Virus record (IMG/VR): IMGVR_UViG_3300037361_000044
Location: 64,001-128,000 of that record
Strand: one strand, 5' to 3'
Length of the DNA: 64,000 nucleotides
Origin: a virus
Lineage: Duplodnaviria; Caudoviricetes
The notes under the pieces are model-generated. The model was not told the DNA's origin and did no database searches. It was given only the letters and a program-made list of their open reading frames with translations. The position numbers were made by a program, and so were the translations under genes. Of this stretch, positions 35,962-44,095 are shown in pieces. The number at the start of each line of letters is the position of its first letter. Within the stretch, counting starts at the first letter, position 1.

Positions 35962-38103
35962 ATGTTCCATCGTTTGACAGTACCCACGTATTTCGGTGGT
36001 CTTCCAGTTGGGGCTGACTACCTCAACACGCCGTCCGACCCCAGTGTAGGCGGCTCTGGTGTACCTGCCACGGCAGATGGAAAGAAGTCAGGGGGACCCA
36101 ATGACGGGACCTACTTCTATGCCTTCGGGGAGGATGCTACATCCTACTTTCTCAACAGAGGGGTGAAGGCCGTCGGTGAGAACACCGATACGCTCGACGA
36201 CTACCTGCACAGGGACGTGGCCGTCCCTGTACGCACGTTGAGCTCAACCGCGGGCACGCCTGTCTCGGCCATCGCCATCACTGGGCAGATCTTCATCGGC
36301 GCTCTAGGCACCGTAAACAACCAGGAGAACCGCGACTCGCTGTTCAGCGTCTTGGACAGTAGTGGCAATGAGATTCTAGCGGCCACCGGAAGTGGCGTTG
36401 TACAGGTAGGCCTGGTTCACGACGGCAGCGGCAACAACGTGGTCGGCACCCTAGCGAGCGGCTTCCGCAATGGCGTATCGCTCACGTTGACCAACGCGAT
36501 CCCAGTAGGCACCACTTACTACGTGGTGTACGGTGAGCGCGGCAACTTGGCAGCGCTGCCCGTAGACGCGTTTACCAGCATCAAAGTACGTGCTTCGCAG
36601 GAGGTGTCGGCAGAGGTTGAGCGGCTTCTCCGTGACCTGCATGGAACCGAGGCCTACCAGTTTGCATGGAATGACCCGTGGCCCGTGTCCATCAATGGCC
36701 TGTTGCGTGGTGGCTTGGATGCAAGGTACCGCAACTCCAGTGCGGATGCAGGGACCACCGGGCACATTGATACGGCGGGGGCTGGCTCTCGTATTTATCG
36801 AGATGGCCCAGCTGTGACCTTTGCGTGTCCCAACTTTGGGTGGGACACCATTGGCTACGCGGAGAACAGCACCCCAGACCCCACGCTGGCCTGTTTGCGC
36901 ATCACGCGCTCTTCTACGGCCAACACCATGCCCAGTCAGAACTTGGGTGGGGACATCGGGCTGATGCAGGAGTCACCGTACGCGCATACGTACGACTACA
37001 CCAGCGAGCGCCCATGGGGTAACCACCTTACGGGCCCGCTGCTGTTGGATGTTGCCTACTACAACTTCGGCGCAAGCACGATCATGGGCAATACGCTGCT
37101 GACGCGTATCGGCACAGAGAACGTGGCCTTGCTGAATCCCGATGCGACTGGAGAAGGCCTTACCCCAGGTTGCCTGCGCACGCTTCAGGTTGCTTCCCCA
37201 GACTACTTGCGGCTTGGTGGCGCTACGGCGTTGCGCACCACAGACCTGATCGAGGTCATAAACCACTCGACAGGGGCTGTAATAGGCACCTTCCGTGTCG
37301 ACGACATTCTCTCGGATACCCGCTTCAGGCTTCGTGCGCTTTCCGGCGACAACGGGATCACCCCCGGCGTAGCCATGCAAGCCACGCAGGTCCGTCTACG
37401 CTGGTTACAACCAACGCTGTCCGCAGGTGGACGTTTCCGTGAGTACGCCACGAACCCCGACTACAACACTCCACACTTCATGGTGGCGCAGCCGGGTCAG
37501 GTCACCTCGGATGTGAATGAGGCCGTTTGGGCCACGCACAATGCCATCTTCCTTTCGGCGTTGAACAGCCGCAAGTGGAACGGCACGCAAGTCACCAACG
37601 ACATGCTCTTGAGCTCGATGGCATGGGGTGGCTTCGACATCTACGGAAGGCCAGCGGTCAAGGGCGTGCTCCGCGGTGATGGCGGCATTGACTGTATTGG
37701 CGGCAGGCAGCGGATGAACCTACTGAACCGGGCTGAGTACATAAGTTCGTACTCCGGTGCTGGTAGCGTCACTTGCGTCAGCCCCTACGGGGCGGCCTCA
37801 CATATCGAGTACTACGTCAACCCCACGGCTACGACGCACTTGACCTTCCAGTTCCTTATGAGTAGCTGGGGGTACGCCTATGAAGTGGGCGACGAGTTCG
37901 ACTTTGCGCTGCATATAGCAGCAGGAGCTGTCGGTCCGTTGGACATGATATGGCCAGCTGATTTTCACTTCAGTGGCAATGACGCCACGGTTCCTGGGGC
38001 AAATGCCACGGCAAACACGTACACGTTGCTGTACCGATTCAAGTACATAAATCGCAATGGCACGCCTGGTTGGTACGCCACACGCACCGACTACGACTCG
38101 TAA
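35962..38103 (+). CDS. Tail fibre-like protein
   Basis: 713 aa, Gly/Thr-rich, in the structural cluster. Confidence 0.55.
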   Translation: MFHRLTVPTYFGGLPVGADYLNTPSDPSVGGSGVPATADGKKSGGPNDGTYFYAFGEDATSYFLNRGVKAVGENTDTLDDYLHRDVAVPVRTLSSTAGTPVSAIAITGQIFIGALGTVNNQENRDSLFSVLDSSGNEILAATGSGVVQVGLVHDGSGNNVVGTLASGFRNGVSLTLTNAIPVGTTYYVVYGERGNLAALPVDAFTSIKVRASQEVSAEVERLLRDLHGTEAYQFAWNDPWPVSINGLLRGGLDARYRNSSADAGTTGHIDTAGAGSRIYRDGPAVTFACPNFGWDTIGYAENSTPDPTLACLRITRSSTANTMPSQNLGGDIGLMQESPYAHTYDYTSERPWGNHLTGPLLLDVAYYNFGASTIMGNTLLTRIGTENVALLNPDATGEGLTPGCLRTLQVASPDYLRLGGATALRTTDLIEVINHSTGAVIGTFRVDDILSDTRFRLRALSGDNGITPGVAMQATQVRLRWLQPTLSAGGRFREYATNPDYNTPHFMVAQPGQVTSDVNEAVWATHNAIFLSALNSRKWNGTQVTNDMLLSSMAWGGFDIYGRPAVKGVLRGDGGIDCIGGRQRMNLLNRAEYISSYSGAGSVTCVSPYGAASHIEYYVNPTATTHLTFQFLMSSWGYAYEVGDEFDFALHIAAGAVGPLDMIWPADFHFSGNDATVPGANATANTYTLLYRFKYINRNGTPGWYATRTDYDS

Positions 38104-38114
38104 GGAAGAGCATC

Positions 38115-38537
38115 ATGCAAGACCTGGACATCATCGGACTGCTAACTCGCCCCGGCACGTACGTTCTTGGCTTGGCCATCTACATTGTGACGTTCTTTAT
38201 TCGTCGCATCGTGGAGGGTATTCAGCCGAAGTGGAAGAAGCAGGCAGATGCCAACGCAGCTAAGACCACGTACCTGACTACCTGGTCGCGTTGGTGGAAC
38301 GAGGTTATTCTGTACGCGATCCCCGTGTATTTTGGGGGTGCCAGTGGACTACTCAAGAGTGACTTCTTCTTTGCTGGCATCGGGGACAAGGGAGGACGCA
38401 TCATCTTCGGCGTCGCTGTGGGGTACTTGTCCAGCTTCCTGTACAAGTGCCTGCAAAAGGTAATCAAGCAGAAGCTCGGACTCGACATCGTTCCAGACGT
38501 GGACGCAAAGGACGGCGACACGCCGGCGGGTGGGTAA
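38115..38537 (+). CDS. Putative holin
   Basis: Three TM segments and a charged C-terminus, downstream of the fibre gene. Confidence 0.6.
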   Translation: MQDLDIIGLLTRPGTYVLGLAIYIVTFFIRRIVEGIQPKWKKQADANAAKTTYLTTWSRWWNEVILYAIPVYFGGASGLLKSDFFFAGIGDKGGRIIFGVAVGYLSSFLYKCLQKVIKQKLGLDIVPDVDAKDGDTPAGG

Positions 38538-38538
38538 G

Positions 38539-38907
38539 ATGACGACCCCGGTCTGGCTTTTCTTGACGTGGGAGTGGCTCAAGCGGTACTGGAAGTGGCT
38601 GCTTCTTCCGCTTGGTATTCTTCTGTGGTTCTTAGGGCGAGCAACCGCCAAGAAGGAAGTCACTGTCACCAGCACGGCACTGGCCGAATCCGACACAGCC
38701 AAGGCAGCCATCGATGCGAAGGCTTTGGAACAGACGGCGCAGGCGGACGCGAAGGAGGCAGCCCAACTAGCGGTGGTTACATCCCAGCGCTCGGCGGCAG
38801 TTGCAGCGGCCACTCAAACGCAGATTGATGCGGCATCAGCTGCCCAAGGTGATTCGGGGGCAGTGAACTCTATACTCACCAACGTGGGCAAGGATATGAG
38901 ACGATGA
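38539..38907 (+). CDS. Putative inner-membrane spanin (Rz-like)
   Basis: N-terminal TM helix plus Ala-rich coiled coil, following the holin. Confidence 0.5.
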   Translation: MTTPVWLFLTWEWLKRYWKWLLLPLGILLWFLGRATAKKEVTVTSTALAESDTAKAAIDAKALEQTAQADAKEAAQLAVVTSQRSAAVAAATQTQIDAASAAQGDSGAVNSILTNVGKDMRR

Positions 38908-39890
38908 ATCATGGGCAAGTTACACGGGCGCAGGGGATTCATTCTATTGTTGCGTTCGTGTACGCAAACGCTGCAGCACGTGCAGGGGCCACCGGGCTAA
39001 CTGCGGCAGATGTCGGTAAAGTGGCCCTGCAGGCGGACTCTGGAACTTACTGGATTCTTGCTAGCACCTCCCCCACGTGGCTGCAGGTGAACGTAGGGGC
39101 TGTGGTTCTGCCTTCCTGGAAAACATTATTTAGTGTGGACTTTACTGCGCACGCAGCGGTTGACATGTCCGTGGATGGTGCGGTGCTCGTTGGTGGTGTG
39201 TCAGCCACGAAGCAGGGGTCTTCTTATGGCTCGTCTTTTGTACTCAACGGCATTCAGCCAAATATGGGATTGAGTTTGATGCCGAATATGGCCGGCGCCA
39301 ATGATCCGCGCCAGCCGATCATAAAGAGGCCGTCCCTGCGGTTCCAGCTGAACACATTATTGGGCTCCAGCTGGCCGCATGGGATGCCGTTGCGTGTAAC
39401 TACGGTTTTGAATTACGTAGGCGCCTACATACCGAATGGTAATAACCAGTACTTGGGTGTGATTGCCCAGGGTACCAGTGTAGGGCGGATGGGTTCTATT
39501 ATTCAGCAGACAGGTGGGCATGCCAACGTTGTGACTAGTGTCACGACCTACTCAGCCCCTGATGGCAACTACTCGCTGAATGCAAGCACAGACTCTAACT
39601 ACACGGGGTTACGCGTGTTGCAACTTGAGCTACCGCAAGGGGTAGTGGGACCCATTGTCTACCGAGGGGCTGCAGGGACAGCCATACCCAGTACAGATGA
39701 CGCGGCCTGGCTGCACCTCGGCGTCGTAGCTAGCTGGGGCGGAACGGCTTCGTCTACGTTCAGCACAGACCCCACCGCAGGGTTAGCTGCTAACTGGGCT
39801 GTGGAGCTCGGTAACTGGGGGAGTGGTTACGAGAACGCGGCGCTGATTCCTCCGAAGTACACCAGCCTTCTTGTCGAGGCCTTCTCGTAG
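38904..39890 (+). CDS. Fibre/receptor-binding protein with shared N-terminal module
   Basis: YANAAAR...DVGKVALQ.D.GTYWIL module plus a beta-rich C-domain. Confidence 0.6.
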   Translation: MNHGQVTRAQGIHSIVAFVYANAAARAGATGLTAADVGKVALQADSGTYWILASTSPTWLQVNVGAVVLPSWKTLFSVDFTAHAAVDMSVDGAVLVGGVSATKQGSSYGSSFVLNGIQPNMGLSLMPNMAGANDPRQPIIKRPSLRFQLNTLLGSSWPHGMPLRVTTVLNYVGAYIPNGNNQYLGVIAQGTSVGRMGSIIQQTGGHANVVTSVTTYSAPDGNYSLNASTDSNYTGLRVLQLELPQGVVGPIVYRGAAGTAIPSTDDAAWLHLGVVASWGGTASSTFSTDPTAGLAANWAVELGNWGSGYENAALIPPKYTSLLVEAFS

Positions 39891-39892
39891 CC

Positions 39893-40444
39893 ATGCCCAC
39901 TTTCATGTTACGGGAGCTACAAGAAGAGTTCCCAGCTTTTTGTTTAGTGGCAAAAGCGGACAGTCGCCTCATGCGGTTCCTTGATGTACTTCTTCGCGTC
40001 ATCACGTTTGGTACTGCCCGCGGGTTTATGACGAACTTCATCACTACCATCGGGTACACGGTGTACGTGAACAAGGGGTGGGACGACTCGTCGGAGGTGG
40101 GCAAGATCATCGTCCTACGTCACGAGCGTGTGCACATGCGGCAGCGGCGCAAGTACGGGTCTTTCCTGTTCTCGCTGATGTACTTGCTGCTGCCGGTACC
40201 CTGTGTGTTCGCCTACTTTAGGATGAAGTTCGAGATGGAAGCGTACGCGGAGACGCTTCGGGCCATCGTGGAGCTCAACGAGGGGGCCATCCCCACCCTG
40301 AAAACGTATGGTCACAAGCAGTACGTGGTCAGCTTCTTCACAGGCCCCGCGTACTTCTGGACGTGGCCGTTCCGCAGAAGGGTGGAGGCGTGGTATGACG
40401 CCTCGTTGAAAAAGGCCTTGGTCTCAGCTCGAAGTCCCGTTTAG
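39893..40444 (+). CDS. HExxH metallopeptidase-like protein
   Basis: TTIG, HERVH and FEMEAY. Confidence 0.7.
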   Translation: MPTFMLRELQEEFPAFCLVAKADSRLMRFLDVLLRVITFGTARGFMTNFITTIGYTVYVNKGWDDSSEVGKIIVLRHERVHMRQRRKYGSFLFSLMYLLLPVPCVFAYFRMKFEMEAYAETLRAIVELNEGAIPTLKTYGHKQYVVSFFTGPAYFWTWPFRRRVEAWYDASLKKALVSARSPV

Positions 40445-40470
40445 GCCCGTAGGATGCTACCCTGGGGTGG

Positions 40471-40959
40471 ATGAACTGGCGAGCAAGCATCATAGTCCTC
40501 CTGCTTCCCGCTGTTGCTCTGGCTGAGCAGCCGCAGCTTCCGACACCCCAAGTGGTCACGTATCCACCCGGGGACGACAAGATCACGGTTGTGCGCAAGG
40601 GCGACCCGGTACCCTACACGGGCCAGCTGTTTGAGGACAACACAGCCCTTCGTTGGGCGGTGTGGCTTCAGCAGTACAAGGCCAGATACGGCCTCGACAT
40701 GAAGGCCGAGCAGGATAGCTGCCAGGTGCGCCTGCAGCATACCTCAGACCTGGCCAAGATCGAGGCAGACCGCACAGCCAAGATCGAGGCAGACCTCCGT
40801 CAGCGGCTGAAGGATACGGATGCTCAGAGACTGAAGCTCGAGGAGGAACTTCGAAACCCAGGCTTCTTCAAGCAGCCTGGGCTATGGGTTGGCGTAGGGG
40901 TAGTCACAACCCTGGCAGCGGTGGCCGTTACCGCGTACGCCGTGCACGAAACCAAGTGA
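40471..40959 (+). CDS. Spanin-like envelope protein
   Basis: Signal peptide, coiled coil and C-terminal TM helix; no lipobox. Confidence 0.5.
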   Translation: MNWRASIIVLLLPAVALAEQPQLPTPQVVTYPPGDDKITVVRKGDPVPYTGQLFEDNTALRWAVWLQQYKARYGLDMKAEQDSCQVRLQHTSDLAKIEADRTAKIEADLRQRLKDTDAQRLKLEEELRNPGFFKQPGLWVGVGVVTTLAAVAVTAYAVHETK

Positions 40960-40967
40960 GGTAGCCG

Positions 40968-41243
40968 TTGGCAACGATAACCATCGGGAGGAAGCTCAGC
41001 TACCTCACGGACTCTGTAACGACAGCACAGGGTCCGTCCGGTGGGCAACCGTGGCTTACGGCCGAGCAGAACCAGCTTGTACCCACGCAGTATGACTACC
41101 TGGGCCTGTCGTACCACCCAACCAAGACGGACTTGGTGACTGGCGTCGTCTACAAGATAGGCGGCGCTTCCGGTATTGTAGTCGCCACATTGGCCATTAC
41201 ATACGACGCCAACGACAACATTTCCTCCGTAACGAGAACCTAG
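40968..41243 (+). CDS. Putative virion protein
   Basis: GAGG RBS, TTG start, structural cluster. Confidence 0.55.
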   Translation: MATITIGRKLSYLTDSVTTAQGPSGGQPWLTAEQNQLVPTQYDYLGLSYHPTKTDLVTGVVYKIGGASGIVVATLAITYDANDNISSVTRT

Positions 41244-41569
41244 TGCCAAGGCTGGCCTTCAACCCATTTACCGGCAACTTCGACTACGTCACCAGGCGTG
41301 GCGAGAATACGCGTGTCGGTGTGGCGTTGTCGGGGGCCGTTGACGGTACGAACGTGACCTTCGCAACTCCCCAGAAGTTCTTAGTTAGAGGTGGCTGCAC
41401 CATCGCCGTGTACCTGAATGGTGTCCGCCTTTCCCCAGGAGCTACGAGTGATTACGTCATCGCGGAGTCTGGGGGTCCTGGCTCAGGCCATGATACAGTT
41501 ATTCTAGCTATCGCCCCCAAACCTACGCCAACCTTAGACCAGCTGGTGGCCGACTACATGGAGCTTTGA
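41243..41569 (+). CDS. Putative virion protein
   Basis: DGTNVTF and VYLNGVRL...DY beta-domain. Confidence 0.6.
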   Translation: MPRLAFNPFTGNFDYVTRRGENTRVGVALSGAVDGTNVTFATPQKFLVRGGCTIAVYLNGVRLSPGATSDYVIAESGGPGSGHDTVILAIAPKPTPTLDQLVADYMEL

Positions 41570-41570
41570 T

Positions 41571-43136
41571 ATGGCACGTACATGCATCCGTCAAGACGAA
41601 CAGATCGCACAGTCCGATACGTACAACGACGGAATAGCTCCGTCTCTGGCCAACTTCCAAACCAATGCCGGCAACATTCAGGATGACTTGAACAGCATCC
41701 GGTCTGACCTGTCCTACTTGAAGGACCAGCAGGTTGGCAACTGGTACGACACGCTGCTGTCTCCGACTACCTTCGAGTCCGGTACCACCCGCGGCGTCGA
41801 CAATCTGAACCAAGACCTGCACGACCTGGAGCGGAAGCGTATTCTTCGCTACTCCACGGCCTTGACCGACATCACCGTACCCAACACACAGAACTACGTG
41901 GTGATTGGGTCTGGGGCGCTGCCGGGTAACGTCATCGCTGCAATCGGGACCGTGACCACGCTAGGTACCGTGGTGGCCACGAACGCCACGTTCGGCGCGC
42001 ACTCCTTGGCTGCGGTTGGTGGAGCATCTACAATCAGTCCAAAGAACTTGGTTGGGGTGGTTGACGGAAGCACAAGAGACCCCATCTTGGATGCGTCTGG
42101 GCGGCGTATCTACGGTCTAGCTCAGTCGGAAAGTGCCACGAATGGGTCTACCATTACGATCACTACGCCCAACCGGGTGCAGGTCTCCTTTGTTGTTCTA
42201 AGCGCCACCGGCGACTCTCTGATCGCTTGTGCCGCCTCGGACATTCAGAACAAGACCGTCAACATTCACTGGGTCGAGCGCGTGTACTTGCTCGGTCTTA
42301 CCGAGCAGGACTTCTTGCGCGGCGCGGCGGTGGATGTGCCGAGTTCTACGACGGTTAGCCGTCAGGTGGCATACGACAACCAGGGAACGACCCCGGTGGA
42401 GTTGACCACGCATGCATCGCTAGACTTGAACGCTGCCGGGGTTTACTGGGAGATTCGAGACCTAGCAAACGCCACCCTTCTGCGCGTGACAGAGGGGTCT
42501 ACTGGAGGAACTACGGTCCTTCAGGTCGCCAGCGATGTCGACACGTTCGACGTGAACGCCATCGTGAATGACTTCAACGCAGGCATCCATGCCCGTACCG
42601 GTGGTACGCGGCCAATCGACATTGGGATCAATGATGGCGTTATCGAATCGACTGCGGGCGATCTGCGCATTCTTGGCGCTGGTGAGCTCTACCTCGACGA
42701 CGGCAATCAGACCGGCTCGACGTGGGCACAGACCTCTGGCATCAAGCTGTCGGACACGACCGCGGAGTGGGATACTTTCGAGACCAACTTCGGTGAGGTC
42801 TCGTTGCTCAACGCGATCAACCAGGCCTACAACTCGACCACCCACAATAAGGTCTACGCCGTCGTCACGGCTAACGTACTAGCCAACGTGGACGTGTCGG
42901 GCCCGACCACAGACAACAACCTGGATGTGGACCTAGGGAACCTGAGCGTAGGCTCGTTCATCAACGATTACGACTTGTACCTGAATGGCGTCTTGCTCCG
43001 CGCTGGGGCGAACGCCGCGGCGAACCACGACTACTACCCGGGGACCTCTTTGGCCCTTGGGCAGCTCAAGTTCGAGTTCGCCCTCAAGGGCACGGGCACC
43101 AAGCCCGACCAGCTCACCCTGGTGAAGTACCGGTAA
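41571..43136 (+). CDS. Putative virion fibre/decoration protein
   Basis: 521 aa; C-terminal LYLNGVLL...DY domain like the upstream gene. Confidence 0.65.
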   Translation: MARTCIRQDEQIAQSDTYNDGIAPSLANFQTNAGNIQDDLNSIRSDLSYLKDQQVGNWYDTLLSPTTFESGTTRGVDNLNQDLHDLERKRILRYSTALTDITVPNTQNYVVIGSGALPGNVIAAIGTVTTLGTVVATNATFGAHSLAAVGGASTISPKNLVGVVDGSTRDPILDASGRRIYGLAQSESATNGSTITITTPNRVQVSFVVLSATGDSLIACAASDIQNKTVNIHWVERVYLLGLTEQDFLRGAAVDVPSSTTVSRQVAYDNQGTTPVELTTHASLDLNAAGVYWEIRDLANATLLRVTEGSTGGTTVLQVASDVDTFDVNAIVNDFNAGIHARTGGTRPIDIGINDGVIESTAGDLRILGAGELYLDDGNQTGSTWAQTSGIKLSDTTAEWDTFETNFGEVSLLNAINQAYNSTTHNKVYAVVTANVLANVDVSGPTTDNNLDVDLGNLSVGSFINDYDLYLNGVLLRAGANAAANHDYYPGTSLALGQLKFEFALKGTGTKPDQLTLVKYR

Positions 43137-43159
43137 TTTCCGGGTACTGGGTAGTACAT

Positions 43160-43192
43160 GAAGGCCGGGACCCCACAGGTCTCGGCCTTTCT
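43160..43192 (+). terminator. Intrinsic terminator without TAGCC tail
   Basis: AAGGCCGGGACC-CCACA-GGTCTCGGCCTT then TCT. Confidence 0.65.
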
Positions 43193-43206
43193 GGTATAGG
43201 TGGCAC

Positions 43207-43803
43207 ATGTCTACACTTGAGAAGGCTGAAGTCAAAAAGCTCACCGCTATCAACATCGGCGCCGGCATCGAGGATATGCAGGAGCAGGCCCGTACCGCAG
43301 AGAAGATGCACCAGGGTGGCCACCTCATACTGAAGGAAGCCATTGGCAAGATTGCCGCGCTGACGGATGTTCTGCGCTCGGAGTTCATCGAGGGCGTCAT
43401 CAAACCAGCGGACATCGAGTCTCCGGAGAAGGTTGAAGCCCTGGTACGGAGGTACATAGCCCGATCTCAGAACATCGTGGACAACATGCGCATGGGCGAG
43501 GTGAACGCCCAGATTGCGGCAGCTGCGGCCGCCCAAGCCTATGGCAAGGCCATGACCGTGGTTACGAAGGTTGTGGCGGAGGAGCAGCGCAAGATCGATG
43601 CGGTGATGTCCCCGGAGCAGCCTGTGGAAGAGGACCGTCCTCAGGCCCGCGCGGTAGGCCAGCACCCCGGGGATCCCCTCGCTGACCGCCGTGTTGCGCC
43701 AAAAAGCCCCGAGGAGGGTATCCTAGGAGGGAAGGCTCCTACGGTTCCCCCTGCCAGTGGGAAGGCCCTGAAGCCCCCGAAGAAAGGTCCGGCGCGTGGT
43801 TAG
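43207..43803 (+). CDS. Hypothetical helical protein
   Basis: 198 aa ORF. Confidence 0.7.
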   Translation: MSTLEKAEVKKLTAINIGAGIEDMQEQARTAEKMHQGGHLILKEAIGKIAALTDVLRSEFIEGVIKPADIESPEKVEALVRRYIARSQNIVDNMRMGEVNAQIAAAAAAQAYGKAMTVVTKVVAEEQRKIDAVMSPEQPVEEDRPQARAVGQHPGDPLADRRVAPKSPEEGILGGKAPTVPPASGKALKPPKKGPARG

Positions 43804-44095
43804 GACTGCAGACAGATTTCCCGGTGAGCGCGAAGACGAAGGGATGGTCCTTTCGGACGAGGGCGTTGGCACATCCCAGGAAGGGGAAGTCAGGTACCAT
43901 GCTGGGTCTTTCCAGATGCAGGACGCCATAGGGGCGTTCAATCCACGCAGTAGCGGCAGCAGCTACACGGCAACACGCCGGGGTCAGATTCTGTTCTCAT
44001 TGGATGCCTCGACGTTTGTGCCGGCGAACCCAGTGGTGGACGACGTGGGCGACATCGTAACCGACGACACTTACGAGATGGTGGTGGAGACCTAA
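43796..44095 (+). CDS. Putative virion protein
   Basis: 99 aa ORF coupled to the fibre gene. Confidence 0.6.
   Translation: MVRTADRFPGEREDEGMVLSDEGVGTSQEGEVRYHAGSFQMQDAIGAFNPRSSGSSYTATRRGQILFSLDASTFVPANPVVDDVGDIVTDDTYEMVVET

Noticed and set aside
40753-40795. 19-bp direct repeat GCCAAGATCGAGGCAGACC
   Set aside because: In-frame duplication of a coiled-coil segment (AKIEAD twice)
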